64,000 nucleotides of DNA from Kiritimatiellia bacterium. Lineage in GTDB: Bacteria > Verrucomicrobiota > Kiritimatiellia > JAAZAB01. The translations under genes and the position numbers were made by a program. The DNA lies in contig JAXGPF010000010.1 in assembly GCA_040767085.1 (NCBI GenBank), forward strand, positions 64,001 to 128,000. The letters run 5' to 3'. Under the pieces are notes generated by a model. The model was not told where the DNA came from. It saw nothing but the letters and a program-made list of their open reading frames with translations, and ran no database searches. Positions 9,033-19,047 of this stretch are shown here, piece after piece (positions within the stretch are counted from its first letter, which is position 1; each line of letters starts with the position of its first letter).

Positions 9033-9114
9033 GCATGCGGCGCCGGTGCGGCGGCCGGGCAGGGTTGATCCAGTCCCGGCCGCCGCCGGGAATCCTGACT
9101 GAGGAGAAGCAAAG

Positions 9115-9816
9115 ATGCAGCGTCCAATCATTGTCATAGACCGGGAAAAATGCAACGGCTGCGGCAAATGCGTCACGGCCTGCGTGGAAGGCGCATTGCA
9201 GTTGGTGGACGGTAAAGCCGTTCTGGTGAAGGAGGATTATTGCGATGGTTTGAGCGCCTGCATCGGCGACTGTCCCACCGGCGCCTTGCGCATCGAGCAG
9301 CGCGAGGCGCCGCCGTTCACCGCCCCGCATCCGCCGCCAACGCCGGCCCCTGCGGTCTGCCCGGGCATGCAGGTGCGGATGGGCGGCGGCCGGCCGGCAA
9401 TGGCCCCTGCGCCGCTGGAAGGACCGGCCGGCCAGGCCATCTCTTCCGAATTGCGGCAATGGCCGGTGCAGTTGCACCTCGTTCCGCCCGGCGCTCCTTT
9501 CCTGCGCGGCCGGGAATTACTGTTATTGAACGCCTGCGGCGCGGTTGCCTCCGCCGATGTCCATTGGCGGTTCATCCGCGGCCGGGCTGTGCTGGTAGCC
9601 TGTCCCAAACTGAGCCGCCAGGACGATATACGCGATAAACTGGCTGCCATTTTCGCCGCCGCCCAGCCGCCGGCAGTGGTGGTGGCCAGGATGGAAGTGC
9701 CCTGCTGCCGGGCCTTGACGGCCGCGGCGTGCGCGGCCGCGCTCCAGGCCGGCCTGCCGGAATTGCCAATCCGGGAAATGCAGATCAATCTGAACGGCGA
9801 TGTTGTGCCGGGCTGA
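9115..9816 (+). CDS. 2[4Fe-4S] ferredoxin-domain protein of the type commonly linked to hcp
   Basis: CNGCGKCVTAC and CDGLSACIGDCP; SELRQWPVQLHLV, ACPKL, MEVPCC motifs. Confidence 0.88.
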   Translation: MQRPIIVIDREKCNGCGKCVTACVEGALQLVDGKAVLVKEDYCDGLSACIGDCPTGALRIEQREAPPFTAPHPPPTPAPAVCPGMQVRMGGGRPAMAPAPLEGPAGQAISSELRQWPVQLHLVPPGAPFLRGRELLLLNACGAVASADVHWRFIRGRAVLVACPKLSRQDDIRDKLAAIFAAAQPPAVVVARMEVPCCRALTAAACAAALQAGLPELPIREMQINLNGDVVPG

Positions 9817-11071
9817 CTTCCGTCCGGCGGTATGCCAGCACGGCCATGGCCAGCGCCGCGGTGCAACTGGCGACGGCCAGCGCAAGCACGATGTGCGTCG
9901 GGGCGCGGTGAAACAAGGCCGCGGCGCCGATGTATGCCGCAGCGATCAGCGCCAGCCATCTGGCGGCGCGGAAGCACTTGCGCGCCAGTTCAAAATTCAG
10001 CAGCAGGTAAGCCGGACCCAGCGGCGCGAGCGCCCATGCCAGGCGTCGCAGCATCAGCAATTCCTCCGGTGTGCCGCCGACGCCGGTAAACAGGCGCCAG
10101 AGCAGGCCGGCCGCGATGCTGCAGACGGCGACAGATGCTATGACCAGGACAAGCGTGTAAAGAAAAGCCGTCTGCATGGTCCGGCGGTTGCCCATTGCGG
10201 TTTCCGGCCCCGCATCCACAACCTTGGGAAACATCGCCAGGGCGATGGGCATGGGCAGAAACACCACGGCGCGGGCGATGTTGGCGGCCCGCGCAAACAT
10301 GCCCGCTGTTTCCGGGGGGAAAAATATTTTGGCCAGGACGACATCGCTATTCATCAAAACCGCGAAGCCGAGTAATACGCAAAAGGCTCCGCCCAGGTAA
10401 CCGCGGGCGCCCGCGGCGGCGGCCGGGGCGCCCGGCGCCGCCGGCCGCGGCAGGATGCGCCATAATCCGATCGCGGCGACCGCGGCGGACAACAACGTGC
10501 CGGCCGCCTGCGCCGCCAGTCCCATCAACGCCGTGGCGGCCACCCAGGCGGTCAGGGCGGCGCCAATGGCCAGACGGGCGATCCCCCAGGTCGGCGCGAC
10601 GGCCGCGTACCAGCCGAATGCTTCCAAGCCCTGCAAGCCGCCCGCCAACGCCGGCACAAAAATCGCCAGCGCTATTACTGTGGCCCCGCCCAACGCCACG
10701 CCGGCGGAGGGCAGTTTCAAGTAACCCGCAACCCAGGGCGCGGCGGCGCAGCCCAGCGCCAGGATGCCCAGGGCCGGCCACCCCAGTTTGCGCAGCCAGG
10801 CGCGCAGCATGCCCGCCACGGCATGGGTCTGCCCGTTCAGCCGCAGGCGCGCGCTGAAATGCGCGGCCGCGGTGCGCAAGGCGTCCAGGGGTGTGGCCGT
10901 GATGTTGATCAACCCCAGCATGGCCGCCAAAGCGCCGTATTCCGTGTTCGACAGCCGGTGATTCATCAGAATCTGGAACAGCATGTTCGCAAGATTGCCG
11001 GCTTGCGTCGCCGCCAGCATCAGGATGCTGTGCTGCAGCAGGCGGTTGGAATTTTGATTGGTGTTGGACAT
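9785..11071 (-). CDS. Wzx-like oligosaccharide flippase (MOP/PST exporter)
   Basis: About 12 TM helices; L...EYG, NSDVVLAK, AGMFARA, MFPKV motifs; 3' end overlaps the ferredoxin gene by 32 bp. Confidence 0.8.
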   Translation of the reverse strand: MSNTNQNSNRLLQHSILMLAATQAGNLANMLFQILMNHRLSNTEYGALAAMLGLINITATPLDALRTAAAHFSARLRLNGQTHAVAGMLRAWLRKLGWPALGILALGCAAAPWVAGYLKLPSAGVALGGATVIALAIFVPALAGGLQGLEAFGWYAAVAPTWGIARLAIGAALTAWVAATALMGLAAQAAGTLLSAAVAAIGLWRILPRPAAPGAPAAAAGARGYLGGAFCVLLGFAVLMNSDVVLAKIFFPPETAGMFARAANIARAVVFLPMPIALAMFPKVVDAGPETAMGNRRTMQTAFLYTLVLVIASVAVCSIAAGLLWRLFTGVGGTPEELLMLRRLAWALAPLGPAYLLLNFELARKCFRAARWLALIAAAYIGAAALFHRAPTHIVLALAVASCTAALAMAVLAYRRTEVSPAQHRRSD

Positions 11072-11099
11072 GCTCAATCCGCGAAAATGCATAGCAGGA

Positions 11100-12428
11100 T
11101 CAGCCGGAATTGGCGCGAATGGCGTCGCCCAGCATCCGTGCCAGCTTGCGCAGCAAGGTTGGCGGTGTCAGCAGCGGCGGCATCAGGTAAAGCACATTGC
11201 CCAACGGGCGGATTAAGACGCCCTGGCGCTGCAGCCGGCGGCGGATGTCCTGCGCCCGCCGCCGGCCGGCCCCGCGGCAGTCTTCCAGTTCGCAGGCGGC
11301 AAGCATGCCCAGGCAGCGGATGTTTTTGACGCCGGGCAAATTCTGCAGTTCCCGGAAAGCCGCCGCCAGCGCCGCGCCGTTGGCCTGCGCCCGGCGTACG
11401 ACGTCGTGCCGGCGGTAAAAATCCAGGACGGCGATGGCGGCCGCGCAGGCCAGGGGGTTGCCGGCGAAGGTATGGCCGTGGTAAAAAGTGCGGTCAACCG
11501 GGCGATCGCTGAAAGTCTGGAAAATCTTCTGGCGGACCATGGTGGCGCTGATGGGCAGGTAGCCGGCGGCCAGTCCTTTCCCGACGCACACGATGTCAGG
11601 TTTAATGCCGGCGTGTTCAAAGGCCCACAGGCGGCCGGTGCGCCCCATACCCATGGCGATTTCATCCACTATCAGCAAAATGCCGGTTTGCCGGCACAAG
11701 CGCGCCAGCCGGCGCAGGTAGTCGGGGTGATAGATGCGCATCCCGGCCGCGCCCTGGCATAATGGCTCGACAATCACCGCCGCAATCTCGCCGGCATGCG
11801 CGGCGATCATTTTTTGCATCGGCGCGAAACATTCCCGTCCGCAGGAGGAGGGTGTCCGCCCCCAGGCGCAATCGGCGCAGCAGGGCGAAGGCGCCTGCCA
11901 GGGCTTGGATAACAGGCGCCGGAAAGGCCGGTGAAACTGCGGCTGATAGCCGACCGCCATCGCGCCCAACGTGTCGCCGTGATAGGCTTGTTCCAGGCTG
12001 ACGAATTTACGGCGGCGCGGCTGGCCCAGGTTGTGCCAGTATTGCACGGCGATTTTCAAGCCGGCTTCGACGGCGCAAGCGCCGTCGGATGCGAAAAAGG
12101 CGCGCCAAGGCGCGCCCGGCAAAACACTGGCCAGCGCCGCGGCCAGTTTAATCACGGCGGGATGGGACAGATTGCCCAGCATGCTGTGTTGCAGCTTTTG
12201 CGCCTGGCGTTGGATCGCCCTTGTAATCTCCGGCCGGCTATGGCCGAGGTTGCAGCACCACCAGGAGGATATGCCGTCCAGGTAACGCCGTTCGGCGTCA
12301 TCGAACAGGTATGGGCCGCGGCCCCGGACGATAATCGGAAAAGCTTCCGTATTGATTTCGGACAAGCGCGAATAAGGATGCCAGATGCAGCGCCGGTCCG
12401 CGGCGCGCCAATCATGATTAGGAGGCAT
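11100..12428 (-). CDS. bioA: Adenosylmethionine-8-amino-7-oxononanoate aminotransferase
   Basis: IWHPYS, DGISSWW, YHGDTLG, EPLCQGAAGM, DEIAMG.GRTG, GKGL, HGHTFAGNP. Confidence 0.95.
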   Translation of the reverse strand: MPPNHDWRAADRRCIWHPYSRLSEINTEAFPIIVRGRGPYLFDDAERRYLDGISSWWCCNLGHSRPEITRAIQRQAQKLQHSMLGNLSHPAVIKLAAALASVLPGAPWRAFFASDGACAVEAGLKIAVQYWHNLGQPRRRKFVSLEQAYHGDTLGAMAVGYQPQFHRPFRRLLSKPWQAPSPCCADCAWGRTPSSCGRECFAPMQKMIAAHAGEIAAVIVEPLCQGAAGMRIYHPDYLRRLARLCRQTGILLIVDEIAMGMGRTGRLWAFEHAGIKPDIVCVGKGLAAGYLPISATMVRQKIFQTFSDRPVDRTFYHGHTFAGNPLACAAAIAVLDFYRRHDVVRRAQANGAALAAAFRELQNLPGVKNIRCLGMLAACELEDCRGAGRRRAQDIRRRLQRQGVLIRPLGNVLYLMPPLLTPPTLLRKLARMLGDAIRANSG

Positions 12429-12510
12429 GGAAAATGTTCGGGAGTCGGATGTTTAATGTTCAGTGTTCGTGGGCAGGGGATGCAATCCATCAGACGATAC
12501 CCGATGTCTC

Positions 12511-13224
12511 TCAGGGGGTCAAGCGCAGAGCGGAGCGGACGCGCCCCAGAAAAGCGGCCGGCCGCAGCGTGGGGAGGTCGGGCCAGTAAGGGATATGGCC
12601 CAGGCTCAGGACGCGTCCCATACTGGGAATGCAGCGCCGGTTGTCGGCTTCAATGTAATTAGGCCGGCCCGGCCGGGTGGCGTTGAACAACACGCCGGCG
12701 ACCCGGATGCCGGCCTGGCGCAGAACGCGCAGCGACAGGAGGGCGTGGTTGATGGCGCCCAGTTGCGTCCGGCTGACCAGGATGACGGGCAACTCCAGTT
12801 CCCGCATCAGGTCCAGCATGGTCTGCCGTTGGTTTAAGGGCGCCAGGACGCCGCCGGCCCCTTCCACCACCAGCAAGTCCGCCATGGTTTGCAGTTGGCG
12901 CAGGTCGCGCGCGATTTTCGCCACACTGATCCGGATGCCGGCGCGGGCGGCGGCCAGGTGCGGCGAACATGCCGGCGCAAACCGGTAAGATGTCAAGAGC
13001 GGCAAGGCCGCGGGCGGTATGGCGATGCCGGCCAGCCGCCGGCAAACAGCCAGGTCCGGCGCCAACCGTGGGTAACGCGCGGGACAGCCGGTCTGCACCG
13101 GCTTGGCCGGCAAAACCCGGTATCCGGCATCCTGGCAGATGGCGGCGACCGCGGCGCAGGCGATGGTCTTGCCGGCGTCGGTGTCCGTGCCGGTGATAAA
13201 ATATCCGCGCAATTTATTTTTCAT
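12511..13224 (-). CDS. bioD: Dethiobiotin synthase
   Basis: FITGTDTDAGKT, KPVQTG, SPHLAA, VEGAGG, LGAINH. Confidence 0.95.
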   Translation of the reverse strand: MKNKLRGYFITGTDTDAGKTIACAAVAAICQDAGYRVLPAKPVQTGCPARYPRLAPDLAVCRRLAGIAIPPAALPLLTSYRFAPACSPHLAAARAGIRISVAKIARDLRQLQTMADLLVVEGAGGVLAPLNQRQTMLDLMRELELPVILVSRTQLGAINHALLSLRVLRQAGIRVAGVLFNATRPGRPNYIEADNRRCIPSMGRVLSLGHIPYWPDLPTLRPAAFLGRVRSALRLTP

Positions 13225-14030
13225 TTTTTTACCGCCAGGATATAGGCCACCCTGTACGTGGCCGCTACACCGGCGCCGCCGGCAAACATTGCGTCATAGG
13301 CCGCCGCCAGGCGTTGCAGTTCGCCGCGCACCAGCGGGCGGGGGGCGCCGGCAAGGGGGCCGGCGGTAACGCCCTGGTCATGCAGGCGGCGCAGCAACTC
13401 GGCCGCGGAAGCGTGCCGGGTTTGCAGTTCCGCCACATCCATGCGCAATATCCGCAGGCCGTTGGCGGTTAAAGCCTGGCGCAGTTCGGCGCTTTGCGGC
13501 AGGCAGACCGCCGGCGGCTTATCCGGCGCGATGCGCCGCCGCAATTCGTGCAATTCCCGGAGTGTCCCGTCCAGCATGACGGCGCAAACCAGATGCGCGC
13601 CGTCCTCCATTTGCCGGCGCACGGCCGCGAATCCGCTGACGATCGGCTGCAGCCAGTGCAGCGAAGCGCTGCTGGCCAGCAGTTGATACCCGGGGCCGGC
13701 CGGCATGTTCCTCAGATCGCCGGAAAGCCATTGGATCCCGGCATCGGGCAGATGGCGGCGGGCCTGTTCCAGCATGGCCGGCGCCAGGTCCAGCGCATCC
13801 AGGCGGCTGTCCGGAAAACGACGGCGCAGCCGGGCGGTCAGGAAACCGGTGCCGCAGCCTACTTCCAGAATGCGTGCGGGATGCAAGCCGGCGGGCAGAT
13901 ATTCCATCAGCCGGGCGGCTGCCAGCGCCTGAATATCGGCGGCGCGGGAGTAGGTTGGCGCGGCGGCGGAAAAACGCATGGCGACTGATTTCATTGTTTG
14001 GCTGACCATAACCCAAGCCTCGCCGGGCAT
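13221..14030 (-). CDS. bioC: Malonyl-ACP O-methyltransferase
   Basis: RFSAAAPTY, LEVGCGTG SAM motif, SASLHW, GTLREL; bio context; start may be 13994. Confidence 0.88.
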   Translation of the reverse strand: MPGEAWVMVSQTMKSVAMRFSAAAPTYSRAADIQALAAARLMEYLPAGLHPARILEVGCGTGFLTARLRRRFPDSRLDALDLAPAMLEQARRHLPDAGIQWLSGDLRNMPAGPGYQLLASSASLHWLQPIVSGFAAVRRQMEDGAHLVCAVMLDGTLRELHELRRRIAPDKPPAVCLPQSAELRQALTANGLRILRMDVAELQTRHASAAELLRRLHDQGVTAGPLAGAPRPLVRGELQRLAAAYDAMFAGGAGVAATYRVAYILAVKK

Positions 14031-14050
14031 GGTAAAACTGAAAATTCAGG

Positions 14051-14776
14051 TTATAACGTCCGGATCGCGGCGGCGATGGCCTTCGGCGCATGGCGGGGCA
14101 GGGCATGGCCCGCGTCCAGCAACGTCAATTCCGCGGCCGGCAACCGGCGCGCCAGGTACTCGGATGCCTGCCAGGGAATCACCTGGTCGCAACGGCCGTG
14201 AAGCAACCGGACCGGCATGGTAACATCTGGCAGGACCGGCCGCAAGTCGGTCCGCTCCAAAAAATCCAGGCCGGCGAGCAAACCTGTCCGGCCGCTTGCC
14301 AGCGCAGCGTCAATCAGGCGATCCCGCTCTCCCATGGGCAGGCCGGCCGGCGCGTAGGCCATGTCGAAGAAATCAGACAGGGCCGCGCGCGCATCGCGCA
14401 ACAGGCGCCGGCGCAGCGCGCGCAAACTGCCGGTTGTCTGCCCGCAGGGATAATCCGGCGCCCGGCAAAATTGCGCAGAGCCGGCGATCAATACCAGCCC
14501 GCGTATCAGTTCCGGCCGGGCCGCGGCGGCGGCGAGGGCGGCGAGCGCGCCGGCCGACCAGCCGGCCACGATGGGCGGGGCCGGGCATGCTGCCAGGCGC
14601 CTGGTTAAAGCGTTTACAAAATCAACCGGCGCGGCGCCGGCTGGCGCCAAGTCCGGCAGGTTAAGCAATAACGGCGCGCAGCCGGCCCCCCATTCCGCCA
14701 GGAGGGGTTGCCAGACGGTTGACCCATGGGCCCAGCCGCCTACCAGCGCTAACGGCCTGGCGTGGTTCCAATCCAT
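14051..14776 (-). CDS. bioH: Pimeloyl-ACP methyl ester esterase-like alpha/beta hydrolase
   Basis: GGWA, GWSAG nucleophile elbow, DLR, HG..DQVIP, AGHA; first gene of the bio cluster. Confidence 0.78.
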   Translation of the reverse strand: MDWNHARPLALVGGWAHGSTVWQPLLAEWGAGCAPLLLNLPDLAPAGAAPVDFVNALTRRLAACPAPPIVAGWSAGALAALAAAAARPELIRGLVLIAGSAQFCRAPDYPCGQTTGSLRALRRRLLRDARAALSDFFDMAYAPAGLPMGERDRLIDAALASGRTGLLAGLDFLERTDLRPVLPDVTMPVRLLHGRCDQVIPWQASEYLARRLPAAELTLLDAGHALPRHAPKAIAAAIRTL

Positions 14777-14958
14777 GGCTGCTCTCCCGGTTTCATGCCT
14801 GAAAAATTTGCGCGTTTCAAGCGCCAGCCAAGGCTGCGCGCGCCATGGAGAATACCGGTTGGGGGATGCCCTGCCAATCTTAATTTCATGCTTGCATGCG
14901 CGTCCAAGGTCGGATTATATTATTAAAGTAAGATTGCCGGTGTGCCCCATAAAAAAGG

Positions 14959-17900
14959 ATGCATATGCGTGACTCACATGGTTGGTGGTGTTTGGCTTGC
15001 CTGGCGGTCATTTTCGCTGCGGTCCGCCTTGCGTCAGCCGTTCCAGCCGGCGCCGCGGCGCCGGCCCTGGCGCGGGCGCGTTTGCCGTTCATGGAAAATA
15101 CCGGCTGGGCGGACCAGCGCGTCGCTTATGCCGTGCGCACGATGGCCGGCATGGTTTATGTCACGCATGACGGCGAATTGCTGTATGCCATGCCGCGCGC
15201 ATCCTCCGCCGCGGCAGGTGCGGCCGGTCCGGAGTTGATCGTTGAAAAACTTCTGGACGCCAGCCCGGCCCGCCTCTGCGGACGGCAACCGGCCGCGACC
15301 CGGCTGAGCGTCTTCCATGGCGCAGATCCCCAACGCTGGCAGGCCGGCATTCCGGCGTTTCATGCCGTGGAATGGCGTGAAGCCAGGCCGGGGCTGCATG
15401 TGACCTGGCGGGCTTGCGGCAATAATGTTGAAAAAATCTTCACCTTCATGCCCGGCGCCGATCCGCGGGATTTGCAGATCGAACTGGCCGGCGCCGGCGC
15501 CCTGCGGGTTGATGCCGACGGCCGCTTGATCGCGCAAACCGCGCAAGGGGAATTGATTTTCACCGCTCCGGCCGCCTACCAGGCGGGGAGCATGGGGTAT
15601 GAGCCGGTGGCGGTGCGTTATGCCGTGTGCGGCGCGCGGTACGGCTTTGCGCTCGGCGCCTATGATCCGGCGCGGCCGCTGGTGATCGATCCGCTGCTCG
15701 GCGGCACGTATCTTGGAGGTGAGGATTGGGACCGGGCCTACGCCATGGCCTTGGACAGCCAGGGCCGTGTTTATATCGCCGGCTCGACCAGTTCCCTGGA
15801 TTTTCCATTCACGCCGGGCGCCTTTCAAACCAACCAGCATGGCGTGTTTATATCGCTCTTCGATAATAACCTGACCAACCTGATCGCCTCGACTTTCCTC
15901 GGGGGCTCCGGCGGCGAATCGGCTTGTGCTGTCGCATTGGATGCCGCCGGGCGGGTATATGTGGCCGGCACTACCGGTTCCACTAATTTCCCGACCACGG
16001 CCGGCGCCTATCAGGCTGAAATCTCGCCTTATGACCCGGATACCCCCAATTATGATATTTTCATCGCGGCCCTGAGCGCAGACCTGAGCCAATTGCAGGC
16101 ATGCACGCTGCTGGGCGGCGATGGCCAGGACTGGGGGCAGACCCTGGCGTTGGACGCCTGGACCAATGTCTATGTCGCCGGCGTTACGCCTTCCAGTAAT
16201 TTCCCCACGACGGACGGGGCCTTCCAACGCGCCTTGCAGGGGTATGCCGACGGATTCATCGCTAAATTCGACAGCGGCTTGACGCATCTGACGGCGGCAA
16301 CGTTGCTGGGCGGCGGCGCTTACGAAAATGTGGCCTCCATCAAGCTGCATCCGGACGGGCCGGTGTATGCCGCGGGCGTTACCATGTCCACCAATTTTCC
16401 CGCCATTAACTCCCCATACGCCGCGGCCCTGGCCGGCGGCGAGGATTGCTTCGTGGCCCGGTTGGATGCATCGCTGCAGACGCTGCAAAACGCCACCTAT
16501 CTCGGCGGCAGCACCAATGAATGGCCGAATGTAATGCTTATCGGGTCGGCCGATTGCATCTATCTTGCCGGTTATACTTATTCCGCCGATTTCCCCGCCA
16601 CCGTGGACGCATGGCAACCCGATTTTCCGGGCGGAGAGCCTGGCAGTTACCATGGCTTCCTGACCCGGATGAATGCCGGCCTGTCGGTGGTGCATAATTC
16701 CACTTTCCTGGGCGGCAGCGCGGGCTACAGCCAGATTCAAACCATCTTGCAGGATGGCTCCGGGGATATATGGGCGGCAGGTTATACTGCCGCCTCCAAT
16801 TTTCCCACCACTCCCGGCGCCTACAGCCGGACCTTGCAAATCCCGCCGGGCGCGCCTTACGCCGAGCCGGATTGCTTTATCGCGCGCCTGGGCGTTGACC
16901 TGGCCGGACTGCATCAATCCACTTTGCTGGGCGGCCGCCGCGCGGATTACGCGTATGCCATGCAACTTGACCAGGCGGGCAATGTTTTCGCGGCCGGCTA
17001 TACCGAGTCCGCCGATTTTCCCACCGCGCCCGGCAGTTATGAACGCCAGTACCACGTTCCGCTGAATTTCTGGCATGGCGATGCCTTCGTCTCCAAACTG
17101 GATAACGCCATGGGCGATTTCCCCGCGCCGCCCATCGGCGTGGCGGCGTCGGATTGCGTTTATGCCGATCGTATCCGCCTTTCCTGGACCGCCGCCGACC
17201 GGACCGGGGGCTACACGGTATGGCGCGGCCTGTCATCCGACACCGGCAGTGCCGGCCTGCTGGCCGCGCTGGACGGCGAAACGACGGCTTACATTGACCG
17301 GACGGCGGCGCCGGGCGTCTTTTATTATTACTGGATCAAGGCCACCAATGCTGCCGGCGCCAGCGTTTTCAGCCAATCCGCCGCCGGCCGCCGCAGTGGA
17401 ACGGTCCCCGTGGCGGCGGATTTTGACGGCGACGGTCTGGCGGATCCGGCGATAGTCGTTGGCGGCTTTTGGCAGGTCTGGCAATCGGGCGCCGGATACG
17501 CGCTGGTCGGCCCCGTCCTGGGCGATACCGCCAACCGCACATTTGCCGCCGGCGATTTTGACGGCGATGGCCGGGCGGATCCCTGCGCGATGGATGGCGG
17601 CGGTGTCTGGAAAGCCTGGCTGTCGCGCAGTCAATATGCGCCTTTAACCCATGCCCTGGCGGCGGCGGCCGGCGGCGCTGCCGTGGCGGCGGATTTTGAC
17701 GGCGACGGTCTGGCGGATCCGGCGGTTTACCTGGCGGACACCTGGTATTTTTGGATGTCCGCCGCCGCCTATGCCCAAATGGCGCAATTTACCGTTGGCG
17801 CATACCCGGACGCCATCGCGCTGGCGGCGGATTTTGACGGCGATGGCAAAGCCGATCCCGCCTTGTTCGATCCCGGGACTGGTTCCTGGACCATCTGGCT

Positions 17901-18084
17901 GTCCGACAACTGGTACGAGGCTTACAGCCCGCCGCTGCCGCTGGCGGAACCGGGCGCCTTGCCGGCGGCGGGTGATTTTGACGGCGATGGGCGCGCGGAT
18001 ATTGCCGCGTATAAACTGGGTTCCGGCAAATGGTACGCCTGGCTCTCCGGACAGGGCTACGTTCGGTCCGGGCCTTACCTGTGA
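14959..18084 (+). CDS. Secreted SBBP beta-propeller repeat protein with FN3-like domain and C-terminal FG-GAP-like repeats
   Basis: Signal peptide; F.EN.G..D..V.Y N-domain; repeated STFLGG..G.VYVAG.T.S.DFP units; five DFDGDG.AD repeats. Confidence 0.85.
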   Translation: MHMRDSHGWWCLACLAVIFAAVRLASAVPAGAAAPALARARLPFMENTGWADQRVAYAVRTMAGMVYVTHDGELLYAMPRASSAAAGAAGPELIVEKLLDASPARLCGRQPAATRLSVFHGADPQRWQAGIPAFHAVEWREARPGLHVTWRACGNNVEKIFTFMPGADPRDLQIELAGAGALRVDADGRLIAQTAQGELIFTAPAAYQAGSMGYEPVAVRYAVCGARYGFALGAYDPARPLVIDPLLGGTYLGGEDWDRAYAMALDSQGRVYIAGSTSSLDFPFTPGAFQTNQHGVFISLFDNNLTNLIASTFLGGSGGESACAVALDAAGRVYVAGTTGSTNFPTTAGAYQAEISPYDPDTPNYDIFIAALSADLSQLQACTLLGGDGQDWGQTLALDAWTNVYVAGVTPSSNFPTTDGAFQRALQGYADGFIAKFDSGLTHLTAATLLGGGAYENVASIKLHPDGPVYAAGVTMSTNFPAINSPYAAALAGGEDCFVARLDASLQTLQNATYLGGSTNEWPNVMLIGSADCIYLAGYTYSADFPATVDAWQPDFPGGEPGSYHGFLTRMNAGLSVVHNSTFLGGSAGYSQIQTILQDGSGDIWAAGYTAASNFPTTPGAYSRTLQIPPGAPYAEPDCFIARLGVDLAGLHQSTLLGGRRADYAYAMQLDQAGNVFAAGYTESADFPTAPGSYERQYHVPLNFWHGDAFVSKLDNAMGDFPAPPIGVAASDCVYADRIRLSWTAADRTGGYTVWRGLSSDTGSAGLLAALDGETTAYIDRTAAPGVFYYYWIKATNAAGASVFSQSAAGRRSGTVPVAADFDGDGLADPAIVVGGFWQVWQSGAGYALVGPVLGDTANRTFAAGDFDGDGRADPCAMDGGGVWKAWLSRSQYAPLTHALAAAAGGAAVAADFDGDGLADPAVYLADTWYFWMSAAAYAQMAQFTVGAYPDAIALAADFDGDGKADPALFDPGTGSWTIWLSDNWYEAYSPPLPLAEPGALPAAGDFDGDGRADIAAYKLGSGKWYAWLSGQGYVRSGPYL

Positions 18085-18086
18085 AC

Positions 18087-18112
18087 CCAAGGCGGGCATT
18101 CGCCCGCCTTGG
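18087..18112. terminator. Hairpin between convergent genes (probable bidirectional terminator)
   Basis: Perfect 11-bp stem CCAAGGCGGGC-ATTC-GCCCGCCTTGG; no long U-tract. Confidence 0.6.
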
Positions 18113-18129
18113 ATTGAACCGATAGCAGA

Positions 18130-19047
18130 TCAGGCGCGGATGGAAAGCGGGGCCCGGGCCTGGCTGCCGGCTTCGCGGCCTTTGAATTCCCGGGCCAGTT
18201 TGGCGGAAATTTTTTCAGCCGTTTCCGGCTTCCCGTCCAGCAACGCCGTCAGGGCCTGGTTGCCCAGCTCAAAACAGCGCTCTTCGTCTTCCGGAATGAC
18301 GGGGATGAAGATCAGGCGGCGGCCGTCGGTATATTCCTGGCGCGCGGCGGTGGAGGCGCGTTCGTCCTCGACGCTGTCGCCGAACATCGCCACGTTCTGG
18401 TAGCCGCAATGGCCGAGCGCCGACAGCGCCTCGGTCTTCGTGGCCGTCTCCTGGCCGATGTAGCGCCGGATGAAGCGGATGTCCTCCTTTTCCATGGATG
18501 CGCGCAGCGGCTCTTCCGTGGCGGTGGAGACGATGTAAAAATCCGCGCGCTCGCGGAAGGGCTGCAGGATGTGCGGGAGCACGCCGGGGGTCAGGCCGAT
18601 TTCCGTCAGCATGGCCACGCGCTGGTTGATTTCCTCGCTCCAGGCGAGGGCGCGGGTGACGTCGCGGTCACCGGCGAATTCCTGGAGGTTGGCGGCGCTG
18701 ATTTTTTGGCCCCGTTCCCGCAAGGTGCGCACCGCCGCATGCAGGCCGGGCAAGGCGCATTGGTAACCCTTGGCCGCCAGGTGCTCCGCCAGCGCGTTGG
18801 CGCAGAGAAACCGCTCCTTGCCGGCGTAGTCCGCCGACCGGAAGTTTATATATACGTATGCCTGGCGGAAGACCTCGAACGGCACGCGCTGGAATTCGCG
18901 CAGGTTCAGAAACAGGGCGGTGGACATGATCTGGTGCTTGTGTTCGGTGAACAGTTTGCAGACCCCGTCAAAATCCAGGGCAATCGCCAGCGAGCGCTGT
19001 TTTTCCCCGGCCAGTTCCACGCTGAGTTTTTTTGCGGTTGCGTTCAT
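18130..19047 (-). CDS. HAD-superfamily hydrolase
   Basis: Motif I LDFDGV, motif II IVST, GQE..TK, motif IV MFGDS..D; 4-bp overlap with the GH3 gene. Confidence 0.75.
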   Translation of the reverse strand: MNATAKKLSVELAGEKQRSLAIALDFDGVCKLFTEHKHQIMSTALFLNLREFQRVPFEVFRQAYVYINFRSADYAGKERFLCANALAEHLAAKGYQCALPGLHAAVRTLRERGQKISAANLQEFAGDRDVTRALAWSEEINQRVAMLTEIGLTPGVLPHILQPFRERADFYIVSTATEEPLRASMEKEDIRFIRRYIGQETATKTEALSALGHCGYQNVAMFGDSVEDERASTAARQEYTDGRRLIFIPVIPEDEERCFELGNQALTALLDGKPETAEKISAKLAREFKGREAGSQARAPLSIRA

